Below the pieces are notes generated by a model, which had not been told where the DNA came from, searched no databases, and was given only the letters and a program-made list of their open reading frames with translations. A stretch of 64,000 bases of DNA from an uncultured Coxiellaceae bacterium. Lineage in GTDB: Bacteria; Pseudomonadota; Gammaproteobacteria; Diplorickettsiales; Diplorickettsiaceae. This document shows positions 1-10,164 of this stretch, in pieces. The position numbers were made by a program, and so were the translations under genes. Position 1 is the stretch's first letter. The number at the start of each line of letters is the position of its first letter. The DNA is taken from contig CAYUIV010000001.1 of NCBI GenBank assembly GCA_964444925.1, positions 73,952-137,951 on the forward strand, read 5' to 3'.

Positions 1-462
1 ATCAGTAAACAATGGTGTTATCTCAATGATAGGAAACAACTCTTTTTCGAGATAAGACCAATCAGTTTTTTCCGTAATCTTGATAACATGTTGAATGTTT
101 AATACATTCAAAAATTGTTTGATCCCTTCACTTTTTGTAATGTAATAAATCTTTTTAACTTCTTTCATTTCATCTAATTTTTCTTGTAGTGCTTGAATTT
201 TTTGTTCACTCAATGCAGGATTTAGAAAAAGAGTAATCTTATTTTTTTCTATAGTATTGAGGTTCCAAGGCAGTACTTGCGATAATGTCACAGTATATAT
301 AAACGAAGTAACTATTAAAAAACTAGCCAGATGAAAAAGTCGTATGAAAAAAGTAAGAGAAATAGATAAAATAATTGAAATACACCGACGGTAAAAGGTT
401 GGTGGCTTAAAAATTTTTTTATCTGTACGCCATGTGGGATAAAAGGGAGACTGATTCTTCAC
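1..462 (-). CDS. ftsX: Cell division permease FtsX, N-terminal part (gene runs off the window start; the 5' end lies in the window with a probable GTG start near 460)
   Basis: Manual minus-strand translation gives ...PFYRRCISIILSISLTFFIRLFHLASFLIVTSFIYTVTL (TM1), then KITLFLNPALSEQKIQALQEKLDEMKEVKKIYYITKSEGIKQFLNVL..., which matches the FtsX extracytoplasmic-domain pattern. It is absent from the ORF track because no stop codon lies inside the window. Confidence 0.5.
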   Translation of the reverse strand, partial: MKNQSPFYPTWRTDKKIFKPPTFYRRCISIILSISLTFFIRLFHLASFLIVTSFIYTVTLSQVLPWNLNTIEKNKITLFLNPALSEQKIQALQEKLDEMKEVKKIYYITKSEGIKQFLNVLNIQHVIKITEKTDWSYLEKELFPIIEITPLFTD

Positions 463-480
463 AAATGCAATAAAGATAAA

Positions 481-1086
481 TTAGTCGAGCATCTCATTAC
501 GAGCAGAAAGTGCATGCATCAAAGTGTTTGAATCGATATAGTCTAATCCATTTCCTAAAGGGATACCGTAGGCTAAACGCGTTATCTTTAAAGATTTTGT
601 TTGAGTAAAAAGCTGACTTAAATAGTAGGCTGTTGTTTGCCCTTCGACTGTAGAGTCGGTCGCTAGTATAATTTCTTTTGGATGGTAAATATCGATATAA
701 GAAAAGAGCTTATCAGGAATACCGAGATCTTCAGGTCCTTTCCCACGTAAAGGAGAAATTTGTCCATTGAGAACAAAATAGTACCCTCGATAAACATGCG
801 TTTCTTCAATTGCACTAATATCCATGGGCGCTTGCACAACGCATAGCAATGTGTCATCTCGGGTAGTATCTGTACAAAGGTTGCAAACTTCAAGTTCTGT
901 CAGTGTATGACAACGGGTACAATGATGTACGTTTTCCATTGTTTCTTTTAAGCTTTCTGCCAGTGATACACCTGAAGGCCTTGCATTTTCTAAAAGATGT
1001 AATGCCATACGTTGTGCTGATTTTGGACCGACGCCTGGCAAAACACACAACTGATGAATAAGTTTTTGGATTAAAGGACTAAACAC
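481..1086 (-). CDS. recR: Recombination protein RecR
   Basis: N-terminus ...CVLPGVGPKSAQRMALHLL... is the RecR helix-hairpin-helix. A C4 zinc finger (CTRCHTLTELEVCNLC) and a Toprim region are present. It sits in the conserved dnaX-ybaB-recR order. Confidence 0.9.
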   Translation of the reverse strand: MFSPLIQKLIHQLCVLPGVGPKSAQRMALHLLENARPSGVSLAESLKETMENVHHCTRCHTLTELEVCNLCTDTTRDDTLLCVVQAPMDISAIEETHVYRGYYFVLNGQISPLRGKGPEDLGIPDKLFSYIDIYHPKEIILATDSTVEGQTTAYYLSQLFTQTKSLKITRLAYGIPLGNGLDYIDSNTLMHALSARNEMLD

Positions 1087-1105
1087 GAGAAATGCATGGT
1101 TTTAT

Positions 1106-1498
1106 TTATCCTATATTACCTTGATCCGAAGGATTTGAAGACTGGAAATCTGCTGTTAATTTTGCCATTTTTTGCGCAGAAGCATGATTACTTTTATCAA
1201 TTGTTTTATTAATCAGCATGATGATCATTTGACTAAACGTTTTTCCTACTACCTCTAATTTTTCCAAATTTTCATCATTAATTTCATCAATACCATATGA
1301 TTTGAGAAAATCTAAGAGTAAGTCTAAAAAGAATTTAGGGGCAATAGTTAAATCCTGTAGTTTATGTCGACCATCAATTGTTGCAGATAAATCATCCCCT
1401 AACTGCTCTGTCACTTTTGTATCACCGACAATTTGAACAGCTTGCATAAGCGCATCTATTTTTTCTTTTGTTGGATTGGATGCAGGTAAATCGTTCAT
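1106..1498 (-). CDS. ybaB: YbaB/EbfC-like nucleoid-associated protein (divergent)
   Basis: 130 aa, in the canonical slot between dnaX and recR. The central segment VQIVGDTKVTEQLGDDLSATIDGRHKLQDLTI aligns with YbaB [29 protein letters not shown], but the termini are divergent. Confidence 0.55.
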   Translation of the reverse strand: MNDLPASNPTKEKIDALMQAVQIVGDTKVTEQLGDDLSATIDGRHKLQDLTIAPKFFLDLLLDFLKSYGIDEINDENLEKLEVVGKTFSQMIIMLINKTIDKSNHASAQKMAKLTADFQSSNPSDQGNIG

Positions 1499-3078
1499 GG
1501 TTTCTCTCCTAATTTTAAATCAATTGGATTAATTTTAGCATCAAATTGTTCAATCAATTCTTTTATATATACATTGTTTTTGATTTGCTCTTCTTTTTTA
1601 CTTTTTAAGTGTACTCGTGCTTTTTCTTCTGAAATAGCTGGCGTGAGTTGCCCCACTTCCCCAATTTCAATGAAAACAGTTATTGCCCGATTAAAGTGTT
1701 GACTGAGTAATTGCTGCAATATATTTTTTCTTTCTTCACTGTACAAAACTTCTTGAATTGGATCAAGAATCAGATAAATGGCTTCTTTTGTAAAAATTTT
1801 TATCCTACAATGCATTGCGAGCGATTTAATGAAACCTGTTAACGATAATGCTGTAATCAAATGTGTCCACTCCTCCAATGTGTTTACTGGCGTTGATGAA
1901 TGATTACTTTCGTTATTAGAAAAAGAAGTGTCTTGTGGTACCTGCTGAAAGTTATTATTTATCTTTTCGTTTTGAAACGTTGGAACAGTTGTATGGATGA
2001 CATTGGGTTGAAAAGCAAGCATACGTAGTAATATCATTTCTAGCCCAAGACGCTTATTCGGTGCACTCGCTAAATTTTTTCTTCCATCCAATGCAAATTG
2101 GTAGTAAAGCTGTAATTGTTCTGAATCTATTTTTTTTGCCAGTGTTTCTAAAGACTGTGAAAAATTATTTTTTATTTTGGGAAGAAATTGCAAAAGTGCT
2201 ATTTGATGCAAGCAATGAATCAAACTGACAAGCATTTGTTCAAAGTCAACACAGTTTTTGGAGAGATTTTCCATGAAAGTTGTTAACTTATGGGTATCAC
2301 GTGCATCAATTGCTTCAATTAAAGTGATGAGACCTTTTTCATCTATCAAGCCTAATATATGGTTTACATCGACTACTGTCACTTCACGTGCTTCGCTATA
2401 CAAAATAATTTTTTCTAATAAACTAAGAGCATCACGTACACTGCCTTCAGAAGCGTCTGCAATTTTTTGAAGTGCTAATTTTTCATAAGCAATATTTTCT
2501 AATGTTAAAATTTGCATCATTTTATCTTTAATTTGGTCAGCAGCAAGATTATTTAGAGGAAAATGTAGGCAACGTGACACGATTGTATCTGGGATACGTT
2601 TCAAGTCAGTCGTAGCTAATATGAATAAAATATGCGGTGGTGGTTCTTCTAATGTTTTTAATAAAGCGTTGAAGCTATGTGTAGAAAGCATATGTATTTC
2701 ATCAATCAGATAGACTTTGTATCGACCAATATTTGGCTTATACTGAACGTTGTCTAGTATCGGTTGTATGTCTTCAACACGTGTTCTTGAAGCAGCGTCA
2801 ATTTCAATTAAGTCAATGAATTGGTTTTGGCGAATTGCAACGCAATTTGTACATCGATTACAAGGCTTTGTACTCATCGATTCAAGGCAATTAAGACATT
2901 TTGCAAATAACCGCGCCAATGATGTTTTTCCAATACCGCGTGATCCTGTCAAAAGATAAGCAGGATGTAAGCGGTGCTGCTCAATGGCGTTACTAAATGC
3001 ACGTAATGTGATCTCTTGTCCTACAACTTCTTCAAAAGATTGTGGACGATACTTACGTGCTAAGGGTTGATAAGTCAT
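1495..3078 (-). CDS. dnaX: DNA polymerase III subunit tau/gamma
   Basis: Walker A GSRGIGKTS, the clamp-loader motif LIDEIHML and a zinc module CxxC..CxxC (CLNCLESMSTKPCNRCTNC). It overlaps ybaB by 4 nt. Confidence 0.9.
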   Translation of the reverse strand: MTYQPLARKYRPQSFEEVVGQEITLRAFSNAIEQHRLHPAYLLTGSRGIGKTSLARLFAKCLNCLESMSTKPCNRCTNCVAIRQNQFIDLIEIDAASRTRVEDIQPILDNVQYKPNIGRYKVYLIDEIHMLSTHSFNALLKTLEEPPPHILFILATTDLKRIPDTIVSRCLHFPLNNLAADQIKDKMMQILTLENIAYEKLALQKIADASEGSVRDALSLLEKIILYSEAREVTVVDVNHILGLIDEKGLITLIEAIDARDTHKLTTFMENLSKNCVDFEQMLVSLIHCLHQIALLQFLPKIKNNFSQSLETLAKKIDSEQLQLYYQFALDGRKNLASAPNKRLGLEMILLRMLAFQPNVIHTTVPTFQNEKINNNFQQVPQDTSFSNNESNHSSTPVNTLEEWTHLITALSLTGFIKSLAMHCRIKIFTKEAIYLILDPIQEVLYSEERKNILQQLLSQHFNRAITVFIEIGEVGQLTPAISEEKARVHLKSKKEEQIKNNVYIKELIEQFDAKINPIDLKLGEKP

Positions 3079-3126
3079 TGAGTACTTTCGAATGAATAAA
3101 AGTAATAAAGAATATACACCCTGTTT

Positions 3127-4182
3127 TTATTTTCCACTTTTTCCTTCTTGAACATTACTGGGTTCTTCAGAAATGGTCGCTGGTTTAAACAGTTGTTCTC
3201 TTAACTCTTTTTCCAATGACTGTGTCATTTCAGTATGCTCTTCGAGGAATTGACAAGCGTTTTCAATCCCTTGACCAAGTCGCTGTTCTTTAGAGTAGAA
3301 CCAGTTGCCGACCTGTCTTACTTTTTCACCATAAAGTATACCAAGCTTTATTAGTTCTCTTTCTCGTGAGATACCTTTCCCAAAAATAATTTCAAAAATT
3401 GCTTCTTTAAAAGGAGGTGCCATTTTATTTTTCACCACTTTCACTCTTGTTTCCTTTCCTCTCTCAGTTGCACGTATACCACGAATATCTAATCTTTGAG
3501 AAGCATAAAATTTCAACGCATTACCGCCTGTTGTAGTTTCTGGATTACCAAACATCACACCAATTTTCATGCGAATTTGATTAATAAAAATTAATATTGT
3601 GTTGGATCGTTTAACGTTACCTGTTAGTTTTCGTAATGCTTGTGACATGAGACGCGCTTGAAGACCGACATGAGTATCACCCATATCGCCTTCAATTTCT
3701 GCCCGAGGGGTTAAAGCAGCGACTGAATCAACGACGATGACATCAACTGCTCCAGACCGTACCCAGGTATCTACAATTTCTAAAGCTTGTTCACCACTGT
3801 CGGGTTGTGATACAAGTAAGTCGTTTACTTTTACTCCTAGTTTTTCTGCATAATCTAAATCTAATGCGTGTTCTGCATCAACAAATACGGCAGTACCTCC
3901 TGTTTTTTGACATTCTGCAATGATGTGGAGTGTTAAAGTGGTTTTGCCTGAAGATTCAGGGCCATAAATTTCTACAATACGTCCACGAGGTAAACCTCCA
4001 ATGCCAAGTGCGATGTCAAGTGTTAGAGAGCCTGTTGGAATAACGGATACTGCAACTCGCTGGTGGTCATCTCCTAAGCGCATTACAGCACCTTTTCCAA
4101 ACTGTTTTTCAATTTGAGTTAATGCTACTTTAAGTGCTTGTTCTTTATCAGTTTGAGTATTTAATTTTTTTTCATTATTCAT
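3127..4182 (-). CDS. recA: Recombinase RecA
   Basis: [15 protein letters not shown] and [13 protein letters not shown] (Walker A), plus the L1/L2 loops. Strongly conserved across its length. Confidence 0.95.
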   Translation of the reverse strand: MNNEKKLNTQTDKEQALKVALTQIEKQFGKGAVMRLGDDHQRVAVSVIPTGSLTLDIALGIGGLPRGRIVEIYGPESSGKTTLTLHIIAECQKTGGTAVFVDAEHALDLDYAEKLGVKVNDLLVSQPDSGEQALEIVDTWVRSGAVDVIVVDSVAALTPRAEIEGDMGDTHVGLQARLMSQALRKLTGNVKRSNTILIFINQIRMKIGVMFGNPETTTGGNALKFYASQRLDIRGIRATERGKETRVKVVKNKMAPPFKEAIFEIIFGKGISRERELIKLGILYGEKVRQVGNWFYSKEQRLGQGIENACQFLEEHTEMTQSLEKELREQLFKPATISEEPSNVQEGKSGK

Positions 4183-5521
4183 GGGACGTCTCTAATTGAC
4201 AGTGTTGATTTTTAATATGAAAAATAAATTCTTCCTTAAAGTGTTGAATAAAACTTTTAATCGGTGTTGCAGCAGCATCTCCTAAGGCACAAATGGTATG
4301 TCCTGAAATATTACTGGCAATACGGTGTAGAAGTTCAATATCGCTATTGACAGCATTTCCCTTCTCAATTCTTCTAACTAATCGCCACAGCCATCCTGTT
4401 CCTTCACGGCAGGGGGTGCATTTACCACATGATTCTTCTTTATAAAACTTTGAGATACGACTTAATATTTTTACCATACAAGTTGTTTCATCCATGACAA
4501 TAACAGCGCCTGAACCGAGTAAAGATCCAGCATTCACCAAACTTTCATAATCCATTTTTAAATTTGTTAATTGGGCTGCAGGCAATATTGGCACAGAAAT
4601 ACCACCTGGAATCACTGCTTTGAGTTGATGGCCTTCTCTTACCCCACCTGCTATCTTGAGTAGTGTTGCAAAAGGCGTACCCAGTGGCAATTCATAATTA
4701 CCAGGTCGATTCACATGACCTGTTACACTAAATATTTTAGTACCACCACTTTTTTCTGTACCTTTTGAAAGAAACCATTGACTTCCTTTTTCAAAAATTA
4801 CCGGAATAGAAGCTAAGCTTTCAGTATTACTAATTGTTGTGGGACAGCCATATAAACCAGCGCTTGCTGGAAAAGGCGGTTTTGCACGTGGCATCCCTTT
4901 TTTACCTTCTAACGATTCAATTAAAGCAGTTTCTTCACCACAAATATAAGCACCTGCACCAAGATGATTGTAAAGATTAAAGCTAAAACCTGTATTGAAA
5001 ATATTTTCACCTAAAAACCCTGCATCATACGCTTCTTGTAGTGCTGCTTCACAACGCATAAAGGGCTCTTCGTATTCACCTCGAATATAGTTGTATCCAA
5101 CAGTTGCCCCCATGGCATAGCCTGCAATTAACATTCCTTCAATCACTTGGTGTGGGTTGTAGCGTAAAATATCTCGGTCTTTGCATGTGCCCGGTTCCCC
5201 TTCATCTGAATTACAAAGAATGTATTTTTGTCCTATTACATCCCGTGGAATAAAACTTAATTTTAAACCGGTAGAAAATCCAGCCCCCCCTCTTCCTCGC
5301 AAACTAGAATGTTTTAGATGATGAATAACTTCTTCTGGAGAAACTTGATGATATAAAATATGTTTGATGGCTTGGTAGCCCCCCACTTTTTTATAACTTT
5401 GCAATGTCCATGGTTGGTCAACATGAAGCGTTCTAAAACAGACTTCATTTGTTGAAATAATCATTTTTTGAATGTGGTAGATATTAAGCCAATCATTATA
5501 GTACAAATTCTTTAGAATCAC
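4175..5521 (-). CDS. nuoF: NADH dehydrogenase (complex I) subunit F-like flavoprotein, stand-alone; the true start may be the internal Met near 5464
   Basis: [12 protein letters not shown] (FMN/NADH-binding site), the [14 protein letters not shown] motif and the 4Fe-4S cluster motif [13 protein letters not shown]. It aligns along its whole length with E. coli NuoF. The 3' end overlaps the recA start by 8 nt. Confidence 0.8.
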   Translation of the reverse strand: MILKNLYYNDWLNIYHIQKMIISTNEVCFRTLHVDQPWTLQSYKKVGGYQAIKHILYHQVSPEEVIHHLKHSSLRGRGGAGFSTGLKLSFIPRDVIGQKYILCNSDEGEPGTCKDRDILRYNPHQVIEGMLIAGYAMGATVGYNYIRGEYEEPFMRCEAALQEAYDAGFLGENIFNTGFSFNLYNHLGAGAYICGEETALIESLEGKKGMPRAKPPFPASAGLYGCPTTISNTESLASIPVIFEKGSQWFLSKGTEKSGGTKIFSVTGHVNRPGNYELPLGTPFATLLKIAGGVREGHQLKAVIPGGISVPILPAAQLTNLKMDYESLVNAGSLLGSGAVIVMDETTCMVKILSRISKFYKEESCGKCTPCREGTGWLWRLVRRIEKGNAVNSDIELLHRIASNISGHTICALGDAAATPIKSFIQHFKEEFIFHIKNQHCQLETSHE

Positions 5522-6729
5522 AGTATTTTAAAAACAATTATTGAAGCAACAGGCGTAAAAAATGATTAAAAGATATTATAATTTTTTTTAGAGACATATT
5601 TGAAAGTACACTAAAAAAACCGATTTTTTACTCAACTATGGCGTAGCAGTTAATATTGTGGATAAGAATTGTTATATTTTACTTTTTAAATTTATTTAAT
5701 CTGTCACGTTACACTTATTAAAAAATTTTTAGAGAAAGAAATAAATGAAAACATTTAAAGCAATGTTAAAGCATAAGCACTAACGTTAGCGTCTAAGATT
5801 CTTAAACTATCTTACATTTTAATTCAAAAAAAAGGCTTTAATATCAGTGCTTGCTTTACTCTTATTTTTTCTTCTTGATCACATACTTTTAATACGGAAG
5901 AAAAAAGTGATTGTATTTAAAAGAAGTTTGATAGCTGATCCACTTAAATTTGCATAGAATAATGTGCTGATAAACCTCATATCTGAGGTGAAAATTTTTT
6001 CACTGTATTTTGAAAATGATGGCATTTCTTAAACACAAATTTTTCTCTAAAGAACACGAGGTTGAATTAAATAATTCAAGGTGTACTAGGCCTAGCATCA
6101 TCGACATAAATGCTAAAAATTTGAGTATTTTTTTAATTGATAAAATGCTTACATTATTAGATGTAGTACAAGATTTGATTGAAATATTACGCAATTCATA
6201 CTAATGATTTTTTACTTGTAAATCGCGTTTGTATTATACCCCAATGAATAGGGTTCGATTGTCTTGTTTCATTGTATTTAGCTCTTCTCATTTTTGGCAC
6301 GTTACCCGTCATTGTGTAAGACAGCAGTGCGCAAAATAAAGAAATGAATTTAAAGTCTTATGTCAATACTTATTTATATAGAAAAAATAGAATGAGCCGG
6401 TCGACCAACAATGCACAATGAAAAAAAAGTGATGTTTTTTCAAAAGAAGTGTAGTAGGGTCCATATTGCCTTCACCGCCTATTGCACATCAATAGTTAAA
6501 GCTATAAAAAAACGTATACACTTATCCTTTGTAATTACTCTCTTTTATGTTTCCTAAAAAACAATAAGGAAATCGTATTTTACGACTTTTACGACTAGAG
6601 AATAATTGAGTGTGATAAAAAACATTATTTAATTTAAGTTAAATACTTGCTTTTACCCTAAATAAAAAAGTTTAATAGGTAAGAATATACTAAATAAATT
6701 CCGTTACGTATTATTTTTTGAAGGTAAAT

Positions 6730-6757
6730 TTGACATGAACATTTTATTTTTTATCAT
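6730..6757 (+). promoter_or_regulatory. Putative sigma70-type promoter for the ankyrin gene (-35 TTGACA 6730-6735, 16-nt spacer, -10 TATCAT 6752-6757)
   Basis: Perfect -35 hexamer, 4/6 -10 hexamer, AT-rich surroundings, about 125 nt upstream of the 6881 start. By eye only. Confidence 0.3.
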
Positions 6758-6880
6758 TAAAAATGAACGGCTATATTAAAATTACATATAGATAGTAACC
6801 GTTAGGTAGAACAATGGACGAAATAACTAAAATTTTTCGATAAGCAAACACACCTGATGTTTTATTTACAAAAGTGAAAA

Positions 6881-7882
6881 ATGCAAAACTTAAGTACTAA
6901 AAATAGAGAGACTATAAATCTTTTACTAATACATTTGAAAGATAAAGGAGGCAAACCAGCACTGCACTACTATGCTGAATATAATGATGATTCTTCACTT
7001 GAAGCGATTATAAAAATAGGTGTTGATGTAAATGCAAAAGATGCCACAGGAAGAACACCATTGGTATCAGCTATTGATGCATCTAGTGAAAAAGCGATAC
7101 GGGTACTTGTTAAATATGGTGCAAAAATTAATATTGCAGAATCTAACGTAATTAATCCCCTCCATCAAGCAATACGTTATGCACCGCTTAGCACCGTCAA
7201 ATTCTTATTGGAACAAGAGCTTGACATTGACATTAATAATATTAATTTCAGCAGCTCCATAGTAAGACTTGAAGGTCCTGATTATGCAGACTCAGAATGG
7301 GATTATGTGGATATAGATCAACCCGTGAATACAGTATCAGCATTAGCTTTAGCAGTACGTAGAAAAAAAGACGCAACGAGTTTCATCAAATATCTTATGA
7401 GCAAAGGCGCTAATATTAATCAAAAAAATGATGAAGAGAAAACAATTTTGACACTCGTTTTAAGCAATATACGTACTGAAGACCATGCATGCGCTATCAT
7501 CAAATGTTTATTAGAATATGAACCTGATTTTGAGATCTGTAATACTGAAAAAGATTCGATAAAAACGTTGCTTGCAAACCGAAAACGAAAACTGTGCAGT
7601 TGTTGCGAACCTTTAGGCAACTTATCAGATGCATTGGAAAGAGAATTATTGTTATCAAGTCAGATATGTACGCGTGAAAAATTATTGTTATGTAATAGTT
7701 TGTATCTTGGTAACTATTTACTCCCTACGGAGATAAGATTGAAAGTTATGGAACATTTTTTAAATCTTTTCAATTTTGATAATGAACAAACTAAAGAAAT
7801 AATGACGCCTTATGCTGAAAGAACAGTTGTGGAAGAAGAGCATAAAGCACTACCTCATCCTTCCTACTGTTCTGGATCCTAG
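6881..7882 (+). CDS. Ankyrin-repeat protein (eukaryote-like, candidate secreted effector)
   Basis: Several ANK repeats (GRTPLVSAIDASSEKAIRVLVKYGAKINIAE; NPLHQAIRYAPLSTVKFLLEQ; ALALAVRRKKDATSFIKYLMSKGANINQKN). It is flanked by long AT-rich non-coding DNA. The cysteine-rich C-terminal part has no recognised domain. Confidence 0.8.
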   Translation: MQNLSTKNRETINLLLIHLKDKGGKPALHYYAEYNDDSSLEAIIKIGVDVNAKDATGRTPLVSAIDASSEKAIRVLVKYGAKINIAESNVINPLHQAIRYAPLSTVKFLLEQELDIDINNINFSSSIVRLEGPDYADSEWDYVDIDQPVNTVSALALAVRRKKDATSFIKYLMSKGANINQKNDEEKTILTLVLSNIRTEDHACAIIKCLLEYEPDFEICNTEKDSIKTLLANRKRKLCSCCEPLGNLSDALERELLLSSQICTREKLLLCNSLYLGNYLLPTEIRLKVMEHFLNLFNFDNEQTKEIMTPYAERTVVEEEHKALPHPSYCSGS

Positions 7883-7920
7883 AAAATACGAAAATTCAAA
7901 CGATGTTGTTCAACAATAAT

Positions 7921-8100
7921 CACCAATACTAACAGCGCAATTTTTTTCAAAGAGCGTATTCATAATACTGCTGTTCTTAATTTACTTATTGATTGTGGTA
8001 CTGACATTAATGTAATAAATCATTCTGAAAAAAATTTATTTAACTCTTTCATTTCTTCTACACTGTATAGACAAAGAAAAACAAAATGGTTATCGTGAGC
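7921..8100 (+). pseudogene. Degraded ankyrin-repeat gene fragment
   Basis: Manual translation of 7948-8095 gives KERIHNTAVLNLLIDCGTDINVINHSEKNLFNSF..., an ANK-repeat consensus (helix-LL-x-GADVN). It has no start codon and no intact ORF, and lies directly downstream of the intact ank gene. Confidence 0.3.
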
Positions 8101-8729
8101 ATTAAGTTACTTTTATATCACGAAAGTAACTCTCAGGAAAATAAGATATCATTACTTTTCATTGAGCCAGTTTGATAAGAAGACGACATCAAGGTAATTG
8201 ACATGCTCATAACAAGTAACATGCCTTGGAAGCTTTGAAGAGCGATTTATATCTCCGTAGCAATGATTGAATTTTTAATGCATGATCGATAAAGTTTAGA
8301 CAGTATTTCATACTGAAAATTTAAATATTTTTCTACTCCCTTACATTCGATTTTATTTAAAAATGCAATTTATAAAAATAATTAATAGAAAAATAGCGAC
8401 GATAATCAAATCTATTGTAGAAGGTGGTAAAAATTTATTTTTAGATACATAACACACAGATAAAAAAATGTTTTGTAATCAATTTAGAATCTTTAAATAG
8501 TATCGATATATAAGTTGCTCAGCACTGGGCGTATATTACTGCTTTATTAATTCGGGCAGTAGAAACGTTAGTTGAAAACAAACAAAAGAGACGTTTACAT
8601 AGGTAAAGTAAATTTTAAAAAACATGGCTAACATTTCAGTGATACAACTGTTCAAAAAAATACATAAACGGTTTCAGCTAATCATCTTACAAAGAAATAT
8701 GATAGTTTTATAAAAAATTTTGACTACAC

Positions 8730-10127
8730 ATGTTGACTAAGATGATTCGCACACGGTTTGCACCCAGTCCAACCGGTGATTTACATATTGGAGGCGTAAG
8801 AACTGCGCTTTTCTCCTGGTTATTTGCAAGACATCATAAAGGTCAATTTGTTCTACGTATTGAAGATACAGATCAATCTCGCTCTACTACAGCTGCAACA
8901 ACGCATATTATAGATCATCTAGATTGGTTAAATTTGGACTATGACGAAGGGCCTTATTTCCAGTCTAAGAGATTACAACGCTATCAGACAGTTGTTCATC
9001 AATTATTACAAGAAAAGAAAGCGTATTATTGCAATTGTAGTATGGAACGTTTACAAACACTTAAAGCAACACAAATAGCTAAAAAAGAAAAACCTAAATA
9101 TGATGGCTTATGTCGTGATAAAAACCTTAGTTCTTCAGTAGGTAATTGTGTTATTCGGTTTAAAAATGCAAAGGTAGGAGAAGTTATTGTCAACGATCAA
9201 ATCATTGGTCCTGTCAAATTTCAAAACAGTGAATTAGATGATTTTGTATTAATGCGCAGTGACGGTTCGTTCACTTACAACTTCAGTGTTATCGTTGATG
9301 ATAACGATATGAAGATCACGCATATTATTCGAGGCAATGATCATCTTAACAATACACCAAGGCAAATGAATGTAATACGTGCATTAAATGCCTCTGTGCC
9401 TGTTTACATGCATCTTCCCATGATTCATACGGCACGTGGTAAAAAACTTTCAAAACGTGATAATGCATCTAGCATCACGCAATATCGCCAGGCTGGTTTC
9501 TTACCCGAAGCAATACTTAACTACCTTGCCCGTTTGGGTTGGTCACACCAAAATCAAGAGCGCTTTTCAAGGCAAGAATTAATTGACTATTTTGATGGTC
9601 ACCATCTCAGTAAGTCGCCTGCAAAACTTAATGAGAGTAAGTTACTTTGGCTAAATCACATGTATCTTAAAGAAAAAGATACTAGTGAAGTAGTTGAGTT
9701 ACTTGCACCTTTTATTAAAAAGTGGAAATATGATTCGTATGAAAAACCACTATTATCAGAAGTAATTGCAGTCCAAAAAGATCGTGCCGAAACGCTTAAA
9801 ATCCTGTCTGATAACAGTCGTGTGTTTTACGAAACACCTATTCAGGTAGAAGCACCTCTTATAAATGTCTCTCGTGCAGTTTTAGAACTTGTCTATGAGC
9901 GATTAATGCAATTAAATACATGGGATAAAAAATCAATTTATTATATTCTTACTCGTACAATAAAGTGCTACAAAATCCAACCAAAAGTTCTTTTTCAAAC
10001 ATTACGACTAATCTTGTTAAACAGTCATGTTTCTCCAGCAATTGATGTTACGATTACTCTTTTAGGCAGAGATCGTGTTTTAGCTCGATTAAAATATGCT
10101 ATTGAAAAGCATGGACATGTGCGGTGA
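8730..10127 (+). CDS. gltX: Glutamyl-tRNA synthetase (the real start may be the second ATG at 8742)
   Basis: RFAPSPTGDLHIGG (HIGH motif) and KLSKR (KMSKS-class motif). Similar to E. coli GltX over the full length. Confidence 0.9.
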   Translation: MLTKMIRTRFAPSPTGDLHIGGVRTALFSWLFARHHKGQFVLRIEDTDQSRSTTAATTHIIDHLDWLNLDYDEGPYFQSKRLQRYQTVVHQLLQEKKAYYCNCSMERLQTLKATQIAKKEKPKYDGLCRDKNLSSSVGNCVIRFKNAKVGEVIVNDQIIGPVKFQNSELDDFVLMRSDGSFTYNFSVIVDDNDMKITHIIRGNDHLNNTPRQMNVIRALNASVPVYMHLPMIHTARGKKLSKRDNASSITQYRQAGFLPEAILNYLARLGWSHQNQERFSRQELIDYFDGHHLSKSPAKLNESKLLWLNHMYLKEKDTSEVVELLAPFIKKWKYDSYEKPLLSEVIAVQKDRAETLKILSDNSRVFYETPIQVEAPLINVSRAVLELVYERLMQLNTWDKKSIYYILTRTIKCYKIQPKVLFQTLRLILLNSHVSPAIDVTITLLGRDRVLARLKYAIEKHGHVR

Positions 10128-10164
10128 TATGTGCTGATCATGACTCATTTATTATTTTTATGCT

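Noticed and set aside
663-893. 76-aa minus-strand ORF inside recR
   Set aside because: It is wholly nested in a different frame of the well-supported recR gene, with low-complexity AT-codon composition and no motif.
2258-2959. Plus-strand ORFs 2258-2470 and 2750-2959
   Set aside because: They are antisense to the conserved dnaX coding sequence and are typical shadow ORFs.
6000-6204. Two 64-codon ORFs on opposite strands covering the same bases
   Set aside because: A mutually antisense pair in AT-rich DNA, with no RBS or motifs. Almost certainly non-coding. The region is reported only as an intergenic anomaly.
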